A stretch of DNA of 64,000 nt, from NCBI RefSeq assembly GCF_029238425.1, contig NZ_JAQWGB010000106.1, positions 9,910 to 73,909 on the forward strand, written 5' to 3'. The position numbers and the translations under genes are program-made. The notes under the pieces were generated by a model that saw nothing but the letters and a program-made list of their open reading frames with translations, was not told the DNA's origin and searched no databases. This document shows, piece after piece, positions 24,049-34,233 of the stretch (positions within the stretch are counted from its first letter, which is position 1; every line of letters starts with the position of its first letter). The DNA is from Flavicella sp. (GTDB lineage Bacteria > Bacteroidota > Bacteroidia > Flavobacteriales > Flavobacteriaceae).

Positions 24049-25836
24049 CTATTTTGCAGCTACTGCTTCATTCATTTGTTTGTCGTTGATGATACCCTCT
24101 AAATAATTAAGAATCATTTGTTGTTTATCTCTTGATAAATCTCTGGTAACGGGCATGTAATTTGGGTCTGATACTTCTTTACCAAAAACAAATTTTAGTA
24201 TTTCGGCATGTTTATCCACTACTTCTTGATTGGATAGTTTAAACACTCCTCGTGACATTATCGGATATAAGTTCGAATACTGCTGCATCGTTGGCTGTAA
24301 ATCGGACCACTTAGGGTTTTCAATCACATCCTTCGCTACTTTGTCAAAAACCATAATACTTATAAAATTTATTGGATTGCAATCCACAAAAAACGATCCC
24401 TCTAAACTATAATTCAAAGCATACAACTGACCGTCAATAAATTCTCTTGGATTTCCCGGGTCAGCAGCATTTAATTCCATGTATGCCACTCCATTCTCAT
24501 CTGTTTTCACAGCTGGAGTAAATATCAAGGCACTCAAAGGAACTCCTAATGTAGGATTGTCTGCTCCTTGTAATAAATTCGCAGTATCATAATTTACCAC
24601 GATCGATTTATTTGCCAATGGCTTTCCAAATTCAGTAGCATAAAACTTTACATGGGCAGTATCTTCTGGGTTCATACGAAATACATAGGTATCAGCAACC
24701 ACATAATTTTTTCTTTCCTCTAACATTGGAGTTGCAGATTGTTTAAGACCTAAACTATTTGTTTGACTTGTAGAGTAATCAAGGATCACCAATGGATTCT
24801 TTTGAACCAGTTCTAAATTTTCTTTGGATAAATCAAAAGTGCAAATCCCCGAATCCTTTTCGTACCAACCTGGTTCATTATAATTAACAGCTCCTAAATA
24901 AACATAATTCGGATTTTCCTTTGTACCAGTATTTATAGCCAAAGTCATGTTTGCGTTTTCGATGATCCCTACTTGTGCTGTTGCAATCGTTTCTGGCTTT
25001 CCTTCCGTATCGATGATATCAATAGGTGCTTGAGGTGCAATTCCAAATTGTAAAGAATTTGAGAAATTTAAAACGACTTGACTTAATTTTTCATCTACAA
25101 TAGCCATTGCATAATTAACTGAAGATACGCTAGGAAACAACTGTCTACCTTGAATGTGATGCACAGGCTCCTCATCAAATACAGGTCCGATAGTCCCCAC
25201 CATCCTACCTAAAGTAAATTCAGGAGAAGTATGATCTCCATTGTATCTATCAACGGTAAACTGTATAGATAAACTATCTTTGCTGGTTTGCATCAATTCT
25301 TTCAGATACCTAGAACCAACGTTTTCTATATCCCACTCTAAATTTTTTATTTGTGATTGATAGGTGGCTGCTGCAGCAGAATCGGCTTTTTTATCTAAAG
25401 ACCTATTGAACCAGATATTAGTAAATGCTGCTACTTCATAATCACCTTTCACATAAGTTGAATCTCCTTTTCCAATTCGAACAATAAGTCCCCAAATTTC
25501 AGAAACCATTTGTTGTTGAGAATCTAAATCTACCATCTTTCCCGCTACTCTAGAGTCGGTATCCATAATATTCATACCAATAATGGGGTCTTTTTTGGGA
25601 TCTTTTGTACTTGTACCATCCAAATACGTAACACTTTGAATTTTTAGGTCTATCAAACGAAAATTTCCAGTTCCGGTAGGATTCCACCAACCATTGGCAT
25701 TTTTACCATCTTGAAAATCTTGATAGCTTGATTGGAAGGTTGCATTATTAAAATGATTGGGATCATTGTTTACTGTAGATACATCTGACTGAAACCTTCC
25801 GGAAAAGGTAAGTCTAGGGGTTTGTAAATAAGACAT
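24049..25836 (-). CDS. Large conserved-looking hypothetical protein with no recognisable domain
   Basis: 595 aa from the ATG at 25836 (MSYLQTPRLTFSGRFQSDVSTVNND..). Uninterrupted coding-like composition. It ends 18 nt upstream of the ferritin-like gene. Confidence 0.75.
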   Translation of the reverse strand: MSYLQTPRLTFSGRFQSDVSTVNNDPNHFNNATFQSSYQDFQDGKNANGWWNPTGTGNFRLIDLKIQSVTYLDGTSTKDPKKDPIIGMNIMDTDSRVAGKMVDLDSQQQMVSEIWGLIVRIGKGDSTYVKGDYEVAAFTNIWFNRSLDKKADSAAAATYQSQIKNLEWDIENVGSRYLKELMQTSKDSLSIQFTVDRYNGDHTSPEFTLGRMVGTIGPVFDEEPVHHIQGRQLFPSVSSVNYAMAIVDEKLSQVVLNFSNSLQFGIAPQAPIDIIDTEGKPETIATAQVGIIENANMTLAINTGTKENPNYVYLGAVNYNEPGWYEKDSGICTFDLSKENLELVQKNPLVILDYSTSQTNSLGLKQSATPMLEERKNYVVADTYVFRMNPEDTAHVKFYATEFGKPLANKSIVVNYDTANLLQGADNPTLGVPLSALIFTPAVKTDENGVAYMELNAADPGNPREFIDGQLYALNYSLEGSFFVDCNPINFISIMVFDKVAKDVIENPKWSDLQPTMQQYSNLYPIMSRGVFKLSNQEVVDKHAEILKFVFGKEVSDPNYMPVTRDLSRDKQQMILNYLEGIINDKQMNEAVAAK

Positions 25837-26062
25837 TTTATATTTTTTAGGTTGAAATTTATTTAGATTTAATGCGACCGAAAACAGATCGACCAAAACT
25901 CAATTCAATATTAAATAATTAGAGAAATGTTTAGTTTATAAATTCCATAAGTACCAAAAAAACAGGCATAAGTGTCCTGAATAACTTTATCGAAAAAGAA
26001 TACGATTTCCAATTATTTAGTCAGCAATTCAAGGAACGGCCTACATTATTCAAAAGGATTGT

Positions 26063-26070
26063 TATATTTG
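26063..26070 (+). promoter_or_regulatory. Candidate -7 box TATATTTG
   Basis: Exact TAnnTTTG 32 nt upstream of the ATG at 26102. Confidence 0.3.
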
Positions 26071-26101
26071 TTTAAAGTGATGAACTTGATAACATTTTAA
26101 A

Positions 26102-27931
26102 ATGATAGAACTTTCCGGAATTATTATATTAGGAATTTTAGCACAATGGTCGGCATGGAAATTTAAAATTCCTGCTATTTTACCTTTGATTTTAATAGGG
26201 TTACTTGTCGGACCTGTTGCCTCAGAGTGGCTTAGTTCTGATGGAACTAAATGGATTGAACCTGTTTGGAATGGTGAAAAAGGATTGTTCCCTGGAGAAA
26301 GTCTTTATTACTTTGTCTCCTTGGCCATTAGTTTGATTCTATTTGAAGGTGGATTGACACTGAAATTAAATGAAATTAAAAACGTTGGACCTGTCATCAC
26401 TAAATTGATAACCATTGGTTCCGCTGTAACGTTTTGGGGAGCTGGGTTTGCTGTTCATTTTATTTTCGACTTATCTTGGCAGGTATCCTTTCTATTCTCA
26501 GCTTTGATTATTGTAACCGGACCTACAGTAATCACTCCTATTTTAAGAAATATACCCTTAAAAAAAGATATCTCTGCTGTATTGAAATGGGAAGGGATAT
26601 TGATAGATCCTATTGGGGCTTTAGTTGCCGTATTAGTGTTTGAATTTATCAATGTAGGTACAGGAACCACTTATACAAAAACAGCCTTTGTTGAATTCGG
26701 AAAAATTGTATTATTCGGTTCTACTTTTGGTTTTACATTTGCGCATGCCTTAGGCTATGCCATTCGAAGAAAACTCATTCCTCATTATTTATTGAACGTA
26801 TTTGTGCTTGCCTCTGTTTTGGGGATATTTGTGTTATCTGATACCTTTTCTCACGAATCAGGATTGTTATCAGTGGTAGTGATGGGAATGGTGTTAGGAA
26901 ACTCTAATCTTCCACATTTGAATGAAATACTAGATTTTAAAGAATCCATCAGTGTTTTATTGATTTCTATTTTATTTATTTTATTAGCTGCAAATGTAAA
27001 TTGGAGCGATTTGATGCTGATTTACAACTGGAAAACATTGGCTATCTTTTTAATTGTTGTTTTTGTAATAAGGCCCTTAGGAGTCTTTTTATCATCAATC
27101 AACTCTACTTTAAAATTCAATGAAAAACTATTTATCAGTTGGGTAGGACCACGTGGTATTGTAGCTGCTGGTATCGCTTCTCTTTTTGGTTTAAAATTGG
27201 TAAAAAATAATGTTGAGGGAGCGGAATACATAACACCTTTAGTATTTGTTATTGTTTTGGGTACGGTTCTTTTTAACGCAACCACAGCAAGATTGTTTGC
27301 GAAAATCTCTAAAGTGTTTTTACAAAACTCCAATGGGATTTTAATTATTGGAGCTTCTAAATTCTCTAGGTTAATTGCTGAATACCTTAATGAAAACGAC
27401 CAACAAGTTGTTTTGATGGATTCTAATATAGCGAATATTGAAAAGGCAAAAAAGATGGGACTGGATGCTTCTTTAGTCGATATCTACTCTGATGAATTGA
27501 TTGATAATATTGAACTTAGTAATATTGGTTTTTTAATTGCTTTGACAGGAAATGCAGAAATCAATAAATATGCAATACAACGTTTTAAAAAGCAATTTGG
27601 AGAAAATGGAGTTTTTAGAATACGTACACATGATGAAATCATTGAAAACCCAAGGAATTCTAACTTGATGTATCATAAAAACGATTATGTTTCTGTAATG
27701 GAAGTAGCCAATCAATTTCCGACAGTACAAGAGGTTCCTTTTACTACGAAAGAGGAATATATTGGTTTGATTCGCCTGACTGAAAAAGATGCGGATATGA
27801 TACCTTTATTTGTAAAATACCCAGACGGTCATTTAGATATTATAACTTATGTGAATAAAACTCGTTTAGAGAATATAAAACCCGGAACTAGCTTTGTTTA
27901 TCTAGGGAAAGAGATTGAAAATAATTCATAA
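26102..27931 (+). CDS. Cation:proton antiporter (CPA1/NhaP-like) with a C-terminal TrkA-N/RCK-like domain
   Basis: 609 aa. About 12 TM segments with Na+/H+ exchanger-type sequences (LFEGGLTL, ATDPV-like VTGPTVITPIL). The soluble C-terminal region includes ILIIGASKFSRLIAEYL (Rossmann-like). Confidence 0.85.
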   Translation: MIELSGIIILGILAQWSAWKFKIPAILPLILIGLLVGPVASEWLSSDGTKWIEPVWNGEKGLFPGESLYYFVSLAISLILFEGGLTLKLNEIKNVGPVITKLITIGSAVTFWGAGFAVHFIFDLSWQVSFLFSALIIVTGPTVITPILRNIPLKKDISAVLKWEGILIDPIGALVAVLVFEFINVGTGTTYTKTAFVEFGKIVLFGSTFGFTFAHALGYAIRRKLIPHYLLNVFVLASVLGIFVLSDTFSHESGLLSVVVMGMVLGNSNLPHLNEILDFKESISVLLISILFILLAANVNWSDLMLIYNWKTLAIFLIVVFVIRPLGVFLSSINSTLKFNEKLFISWVGPRGIVAAGIASLFGLKLVKNNVEGAEYITPLVFVIVLGTVLFNATTARLFAKISKVFLQNSNGILIIGASKFSRLIAEYLNENDQQVVLMDSNIANIEKAKKMGLDASLVDIYSDELIDNIELSNIGFLIALTGNAEINKYAIQRFKKQFGENGVFRIRTHDEIIENPRNSNLMYHKNDYVSVMEVANQFPTVQEVPFTTKEEYIGLIRLTEKDADMIPLFVKYPDGHLDIITYVNKTRLENIKPGTSFVYLGKEIENNS

Positions 27932-27962
27932 AAAAAGCCACCATGAAAATGGTGGCTTTTTT
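27931..27962. terminator. Bidirectional rho-independent terminator
   Basis: AGCCACCAT / ATGGTGGCT stem flanked by an A-run and a T-run, between convergent genes. Confidence 0.75.
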
Positions 27963-27981
27963 GTAAACTAAAATATTCTTG

Positions 27982-30939
27982 TTATATTTTTATAACCTTT
28001 TTGTAGGCAGTATAAGAATCAGCACTTATTTTTAAAATATACATACCTGTAGCCAATTGAGAAGCATCAACTCTCGGTAAACGTGAGTCAACTTGAATCT
28101 TTTTAATTAAACGCCCTGATGCAGATAACACTTCTACTTCCATTTGTTGGATCCTCTCTGCGATGGTGAAATAGAAATACCCATTTGATGGATTTGGGTA
28201 TACCTGTAATTTTCTACTAAACTCTTCATTGACACTCAACTCACCTTCAGAACCAATATTCCCCGATACACCGTTCACTATCTCGTTGTATTTCCATAAA
28301 TTATATTCTGTATCTTCAGAGAACAACCAATTACTACTATCATTAATACTAGCTCTTAGTTCTGCTGCAGTACCAGATAAAGCCCCTGTGTACACTCCAT
28401 AATTATGCTTCTCTCCTACTTGGTTTGCATTTAATCCATTTGTTAAAGCGGTAGGCAATTCACAATACGAATTTCCACCTCCTAAGCCCCAACCAGAACC
28501 AGTATGCAATCCTGTTATCCATAAACTAGCAGAAGCATCAGTTGGCAATGCAAAAGGGTCTGCTTGAAAAAATAGTATTCCATCTCCATTTGTGGATAAG
28601 TCAAAATCACCATCACTGCTTTCAGCTGCTTTTCCTGTATGATCATGAGAAGTGGTACCAACTACTTCCTGGGAATCCATATTGACCCGTTTTACCAATC
28701 CATCAGAATCCAATATAAAGTGATCCCCAACAGCTAAAGCTTCTCCCGCAGACCAAGTCCAAATATCATCTACACTATAGTCACCAGTAAATTGACTAGA
28801 ACCATTGCTCCATGTTCTATTAGATATCGAAATTTTAGTTGTAGCACTTATATCTTTTAATAAAACAAATCCTATTTTTCCAGAACCAGCTTTCCAACCT
28901 GTAAGAGCAATATCTCCAGCTGTTAAGGTTGTAGGGTTTATAACATCGTAAATAGTAATTTGTGCAGGAGTTTCGTTTACAGTTCCCGTTGAAATTCCGG
29001 TTAAAGTCAAGATTACTGTTTCACTAGTCTCATCAATACCGTCTTCAATTGCATTGATACTGATCTCACTCGAATTGGTAGCTTCTAAAATTGTGATTGT
29101 ACCCGAAATTGTAGAATAATCAACTCCATTAGTAGCTTCTCCTGAAATTGAATAACTGATATCAATATCTTCTGTTGCCAAAACATCCTCAGGCAAACTC
29201 ACTTTAAAGATTCCGTTAGTTCCACCCTCAATTGCATCACTTGTACCACTAATCGAAACAATACTTAGTTCGCCTTCCAATTTTAACAATGGGCTTTCAA
29301 AAAGTCTATCATACCCCGGTAATGTTCCATCTTTCCATAAAGGACCATGAACATGGGTATCCCCTTCACCATCGGCATCACTGTCATAATGAGCATTGTC
29401 ATACCAAGCAGGCTTAACATCTTTGAAATCCTTAACCAAAGTAATTGCTTTGTCTAATATGTCTTGAACAATTTCTTCACCACCTGACTGACTTCTTATA
29501 TTGGTGCTTTCTCCTGGATCTGTAGAAATGTCATACAAGTTCCATTGTCCACCATTGGCTGTTTTTACAATTTTATAATTTTCATAAGCAAAAGCTCCGT
29601 TATGAAAGCCATTTTGTGGTCTCATTACCAAAAGTCCTTCGTCAGGCCTGGCATCATCTCCATCAATCATAGCATCCATAAAATCAACCCCATCAATAAT
29701 TTTACCTGCAGGAACAGATTCTCCTGCTAAACCAATTAAGGTTGGATAAATATCTAATGAGCTTATTTGATGATCATAAGTTGCTGGTGAAATCTTATCT
29801 GGCCAAGAAACAAACATAGGAACTTTGTGACCGCCATCTCTAACACTACCTTTTCCCGCATCTAAAGGATAATTAACTGCTCCTTTACTATGTGTATAAC
29901 CTCCGTTGTCACTTAAAAAAATAATAACGGTGTTATTGAATTTTGTCATGTCTTTTTTAAGTTCTGTAACCAATCTTCCAATATTTGTATCCATATTGGA
30001 AACCATAGTCGCATAAGTAATTCTAGCATCGACAAACTTATCAATCAATTCTTGCTTCTCTGCGGGGTCATCTACCTTCTCTACTGGTGTTGACTCTGTA
30101 ATATAAGTACTATTACTTATCAAGCTTTCAAAATTAGGATTGTCTAATTTAAACCGAGCTTCTTCTGCTGCAGGTACTTGCAATGGTGTGTGCGGTGCAT
30201 TATAGGACAGGTACATAAAATAAGGATCAGAAGAATTTGAAATGCTTTGGATATAAGTAATCACATCATCCGTTATTACATCAGTTAAATAATCCTCCTC
30301 ATTGGTGTTGCTGAACTCATTTCTATCTACATATGCTCTATTTCTCCACACCGGATCTTGATATTCATTCGTAACTGGGTTATCACCATCAAGACGATTG
30401 TAAAAGGCATCTTCATAAATAGATTCAAAATAGTTTTTACCACCACCTAAAAAACCAAAAAAGTAGTCGAAACCACGATCCAAAGGTTGATACGATCCTT
30501 CTGTAAAACCTAAATGCCATTTTCCAAAGGCCGCAGTATTATAGTCAGAATCTTGCAATACTGTAGTAAAATAAGTTTCGTTTACCGGAATCCCTAGCGG
30601 GGTTGTAATATCATTTGGTAAATTATATTGTGCTCCTATTCTATGAGGAAGCATACCTGTAAGCAATGCCGCTCTACTTGGCCCACAAAAAGGATGTGCC
30701 ACATGTGCATTTTTACAGACGATACCGCTATTTGCAAGTTTATCTATCTCAGGTGTTGGAATTACACCTCTATCAATTGGAAAATCATCTTCTCTATTGA
30801 AACCAACATCACCGTACCCCAAATCGTCTGCTAAAATAACGATGACATTGGGTCTAGATCCATTGGTACTTTGTGCTAATACAAAATGAGATGCACTTAG
30901 CATAATTAAAGAAAGTAGTAGTTGTTGTAGTTTAGTCAT
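27982..30939 (-). CDS. Secreted multidomain sulfatase with Calx-beta domain and T9SS C-terminal sorting domain
   Basis: 985 aa. Signal peptide, sulfatase signature CGPSRAALLTG (formylglycine C-x-P-x-R) and DDLGYGD. A Calx-beta-like segment (DISYSISGEATNGVDYS..ETVILTL). C-terminal VYPNPSNGYFYF...GMYILKI is a Por secretion tail. Confidence 0.85.
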   Translation of the reverse strand: MTKLQQLLLSLIMLSASHFVLAQSTNGSRPNVIVILADDLGYGDVGFNREDDFPIDRGVIPTPEIDKLANSGIVCKNAHVAHPFCGPSRAALLTGMLPHRIGAQYNLPNDITTPLGIPVNETYFTTVLQDSDYNTAAFGKWHLGFTEGSYQPLDRGFDYFFGFLGGGKNYFESIYEDAFYNRLDGDNPVTNEYQDPVWRNRAYVDRNEFSNTNEEDYLTDVITDDVITYIQSISNSSDPYFMYLSYNAPHTPLQVPAAEEARFKLDNPNFESLISNSTYITESTPVEKVDDPAEKQELIDKFVDARITYATMVSNMDTNIGRLVTELKKDMTKFNNTVIIFLSDNGGYTHSKGAVNYPLDAGKGSVRDGGHKVPMFVSWPDKISPATYDHQISSLDIYPTLIGLAGESVPAGKIIDGVDFMDAMIDGDDARPDEGLLVMRPQNGFHNGAFAYENYKIVKTANGGQWNLYDISTDPGESTNIRSQSGGEEIVQDILDKAITLVKDFKDVKPAWYDNAHYDSDADGEGDTHVHGPLWKDGTLPGYDRLFESPLLKLEGELSIVSISGTSDAIEGGTNGIFKVSLPEDVLATEDIDISYSISGEATNGVDYSTISGTITILEATNSSEISINAIEDGIDETSETVILTLTGISTGTVNETPAQITIYDVINPTTLTAGDIALTGWKAGSGKIGFVLLKDISATTKISISNRTWSNGSSQFTGDYSVDDIWTWSAGEALAVGDHFILDSDGLVKRVNMDSQEVVGTTSHDHTGKAAESSDGDFDLSTNGDGILFFQADPFALPTDASASLWITGLHTGSGWGLGGGNSYCELPTALTNGLNANQVGEKHNYGVYTGALSGTAAELRASINDSSNWLFSEDTEYNLWKYNEIVNGVSGNIGSEGELSVNEEFSRKLQVYPNPSNGYFYFTIAERIQQMEVEVLSASGRLIKKIQVDSRLPRVDASQLATGMYILKISADSYTAYKKVIKI

Positions 30940-31126
30940 ATCTATAATTTCTATATCTGCAATTCATTTTGAACTGCATAACACAAAATTATAGAGGTAT
31001 TTCAAAGCAAAACACAACTATTTTGCCCTACACTGACACTAGATATTCCGAATATAAATACTAAACATCTGTTAATCTATCGTAAGAATATTATTACCAA
31101 CACCAGTAAATGGTTGTATATGACGA

Positions 31127-32140
31127 TTAATATTCTATCACTGTTTTACCAATAGATTTTCCTGATTCTTGAAGTTGATGGGATTTCTTTACATTTTCTA
31201 CAGAAAAACCCTTGAGTACAGTAGTTGCAGTTGATTTTAAAATTCCTTCGTCCAATAATTTTGAAACATGATTTAAAATATCACTTTGTCTTTCCATATC
31301 TCTGGTAGAAAACATAGACCGAGTGTACATAAATTCCCAAGAAAATGAAACACTCTTAGATTTTAAAATATCTAGGTTTAATGGGACACTGCTCCCTGTA
31401 ATAGAAACTATATGACCTTGAGGTTTGATAATATCTCCAATAGTTTCCCAATATCCTTCTAAATCCACAAAATCTAATATATAATCTACTTCATCATGAT
31501 CAATGGCTTTTAACTCTTCCTTTAAATTTCTATGATTGACAACATAATCCGCACCTAATTCATGACACCAATCAATGGACTCTTTTCTTGATGCAGTAGC
31601 AATCACTACCAAACCAGTAAGCTGTTTTGCAAGTTGAATAGCGATTGAGCCGACTCCACCGGCACCCGCTAAAATTAGTATGGATTTTCCTTTGTCTTTA
31701 TCAGCATCTACCTTAATTCTATCAAAAATAGATTCATACGCTGTTAAAGTGGTTAAAGGCATTGCGGCAGCTGCTGCGTTAGAAATATTTTTTGGTTTAT
31801 GCCCAACAATGCGTTCATCTACCAATTGATATTCGGTATTACTTCCAGTTCTCGTAAGATCACCTGCGTAAAAAACAGCATCACCTACCTTGAAATTAGT
31901 AACCTTCTCACCAATCTCTACTATTTTCCCAACAGCATCCCAACCGATAACTTTAGGGATTTCTAATACAGAACCCTTTGCTGCATTTTGTCTGATTTTA
32001 AAATCTACGGGGTTCACTGAAGTTGCTTCAATTTTTACAAGCAAATCTCGTCCGAATGGTTTTCCTTTTTCCATCTCAAACTCAATAAAACTTTCTTGCT
32101 CTAATATATCTAATGACTTTTTAAACCCTATTGCTTTCAT
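31127..32140 (-). CDS. Zinc-binding alcohol dehydrogenase family (MDR/quinone oxidoreductase-like) protein
   Basis: 337 aa. GroES-like N-domain and the Rossmann motif LILAGAGGVGSIAIQLAK. Confidence 0.85.
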   Translation of the reverse strand: MKAIGFKKSLDILEQESFIEFEMEKGKPFGRDLLVKIEATSVNPVDFKIRQNAAKGSVLEIPKVIGWDAVGKIVEIGEKVTNFKVGDAVFYAGDLTRTGSNTEYQLVDERIVGHKPKNISNAAAAAMPLTTLTAYESIFDRIKVDADKDKGKSILILAGAGGVGSIAIQLAKQLTGLVVIATASRKESIDWCHELGADYVVNHRNLKEELKAIDHDEVDYILDFVDLEGYWETIGDIIKPQGHIVSITGSSVPLNLDILKSKSVSFSWEFMYTRSMFSTRDMERQSDILNHVSKLLDEGILKSTATTVLKGFSVENVKKSHQLQESGKSIGKTVIEY

Positions 32141-32144
32141 CAGT

Positions 32145-32954
32145 TTAACCTTTAAGTATACTTTCTGTTACTTCTATCAATTCATTTATTTTTTCTAAAT
32201 CATAAGCATCAGCATGCGCAGGAGCGAAATAACCTTTTTCCTCTCCTTTATCATTATCAAAATATTTACCAGAATCATGATCGTATTTTTCATTCAATGC
32301 CAAATCCACAAGAATATTACTTCCTTTCTCGGCTGGTGCCCATGTTTGACCATAACCTTCTTGAGCCATTCTTGTATCTAATAGAGAGCCCGGATTTACT
32401 GCTATGACAACTGTATCTTCTAATTCTTTCGCTAATTTAAAAGTCCACATGGTAAGGGCTAATTTGCTTTGAGCATAAGCCTCATTATCTGTAATTAGTG
32501 CTTTCCCTGCCAATTGTACCAAAGAAACCGTTGCTTGTGCTGCAGAACTCAAATTGATAATTCTCGATTCTTTATCATTCAATACATCTAAAAGCTCGTT
32601 TGTCAACATATAAGGTGCCAAGTAATTTACCACAAAACGTACATCTAGCCCATCATCATTTCTATCTACACTTGATTTAAACACTCCTGCATTATTGATT
32701 AGGACATCTATTTTACTCACAGAAGATTTAATTTCCTCAATCATTTGTCTTACAGCAGTCAAATCTGCAAAATTTGCCAAGAATCCCTGGATGTTTTTAT
32801 TACCTGTCGATTCTTTTATTTCTGCAATAGTATCTTCTAATTTTTCTTTATTCCTCCCATGAATACTTACGGAATGACCTTGTTTTGCAAGCTCTACAGC
32901 GGTTAATTTTCCTATTCCTGCCGTTCCTCCGGTGATAAGTATATGCTTTTTCAT
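32145..32954 (-). CDS. SDR family oxidoreductase
   Basis: 269 aa. Carries TGGTAGIG, NNAG and YAQSK catalytic motifs. Confidence 0.9.
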   Translation of the reverse strand: MKKHILITGGTAGIGKLTAVELAKQGHSVSIHGRNKEKLEDTIAEIKESTGNKNIQGFLANFADLTAVRQMIEEIKSSVSKIDVLINNAGVFKSSVDRNDDGLDVRFVVNYLAPYMLTNELLDVLNDKESRIINLSSAAQATVSLVQLAGKALITDNEAYAQSKLALTMWTFKLAKELEDTVVIAVNPGSLLDTRMAQEGYGQTWAPAEKGSNILVDLALNEKYDHDSGKYFDNDKGEEKGYFAPAHADAYDLEKINELIEVTESILKG

Positions 32955-33333
32955 ATTTATAAATTTTCTAATTTTAAATCAGGAAAAAGGTACTACTTTT
33001 TCGGATAATTCAAACACAGTATGTATAAAATTTCTTTAATTAAATCTCAGGTTTGATGTAAGGTGATAAACACATTTTTTTTACTTGAATCAGATAAACT
33101 ATCAAATAAAAACTACGCTATTCTCTGAAAGATATACTTATGGAAAAATGTCAATATTAACTTATAATCTTCAATAATAATTCATTTATCGTTTAACAAA
33201 AACAACCATGATCTTCCCAAATTATGAAAGTGCATATTTTAAAAAATAAGTATCTCCAAAAAACTTAAAATTGACATAGAAATAAGTTACTTTTTTTCTT
33301 TGAAGAGTTTTCAGAAAAAGTACCTTTGCCGCC

Positions 33334-34233
33334 ATGTGGATGTATTTAGGCCTACTGTCGGCTTTATTTTTAGGATTACATAATTTATGTAAAAAACATG
33401 CGGTTCAAGGGAATGAAGTTTTTCCTGTTTTGCTAGGAACTATTTCTTCAGGATTTTTATTAATTCTACCATTTTTTATCGGTTCAAAATATTTTCCTGA
33501 GCAAACAAAAAACCTTGGTTTTTATATCAATGATATTCCATGGAGTACTCATGGATTTATTTTTATAAAATCAATGATTATGGCAAGTAGTTGGGTGTTG
33601 GCTTATCAAGCTTTGAAGCACTTACCCATCACTATCGTTACCCCCATTCGATCTGCAGGACCATTTTTTACGTTTATCGGTGCCATATTTATTTATCAAG
33701 AAAAACCCAATGGATATCAATGGATTGGGTTTTTTCTTATCATTTTTTCAGTTTTTCTTTATTCAAGAATTGGAAAAAAGGAAGGAATTGTTTTCAAAAA
33801 AAACAAATGGATTTTCGCCATTATTGGGGCTACCTTTTTAGGAGCATCAAGTGGATTATATGATAAATTTCTGATACAATATCAAGGGCTAAATCCACAA
33901 ACATTACAATTTTGGTTTTGTTGGTATACGGTTTTAATTTTACTAGTGATCCTTTGCTTTAATTGGTTTCCATATAAAGAAAAACGAAAAGCATTTACTT
34001 TCCGATGGTCCATCCCAGCGGTAGGTATCTTATTGCAAACAGCAGACTACTTTTATTTCAAAGCACTTCAAGATCCAGAAGCTTTGATTATGCTACTTTC
34101 AGCTATCAAAAGAAGTCAAATTCTAATTGCAGTGGTTGCTGGAGGATTGATTTTCAAGGAAAAAAACAAAAGAAAAAAATTGATTCCGCTCGTTGGGATT
34201 CTTATCGGAGTTGCTTTAATATTGTATTCTTAA
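33334..34233 (+). CDS. EamA/DMT-family transporter
   Basis: 299 aa, about 10 TM segments in two halves, typical of the drug/metabolite transporter fold. Confidence 0.7.
   Translation: MWMYLGLLSALFLGLHNLCKKHAVQGNEVFPVLLGTISSGFLLILPFFIGSKYFPEQTKNLGFYINDIPWSTHGFIFIKSMIMASSWVLAYQALKHLPITIVTPIRSAGPFFTFIGAIFIYQEKPNGYQWIGFFLIIFSVFLYSRIGKKEGIVFKKNKWIFAIIGATFLGASSGLYDKFLIQYQGLNPQTLQFWFCWYTVLILLVILCFNWFPYKEKRKAFTFRWSIPAVGILLQTADYFYFKALQDPEALIMLLSAIKRSQILIAVVAGGLIFKEKNKRKKLIPLVGILIGVALILYS

Noticed and set aside
33321-33328. TACCTTTG as the -7 box for the EamA gene
   Set aside because: It is only 5 nt from the ATG at 33334, the same problem as above. A start at the second Met (33340) would not resolve it either.
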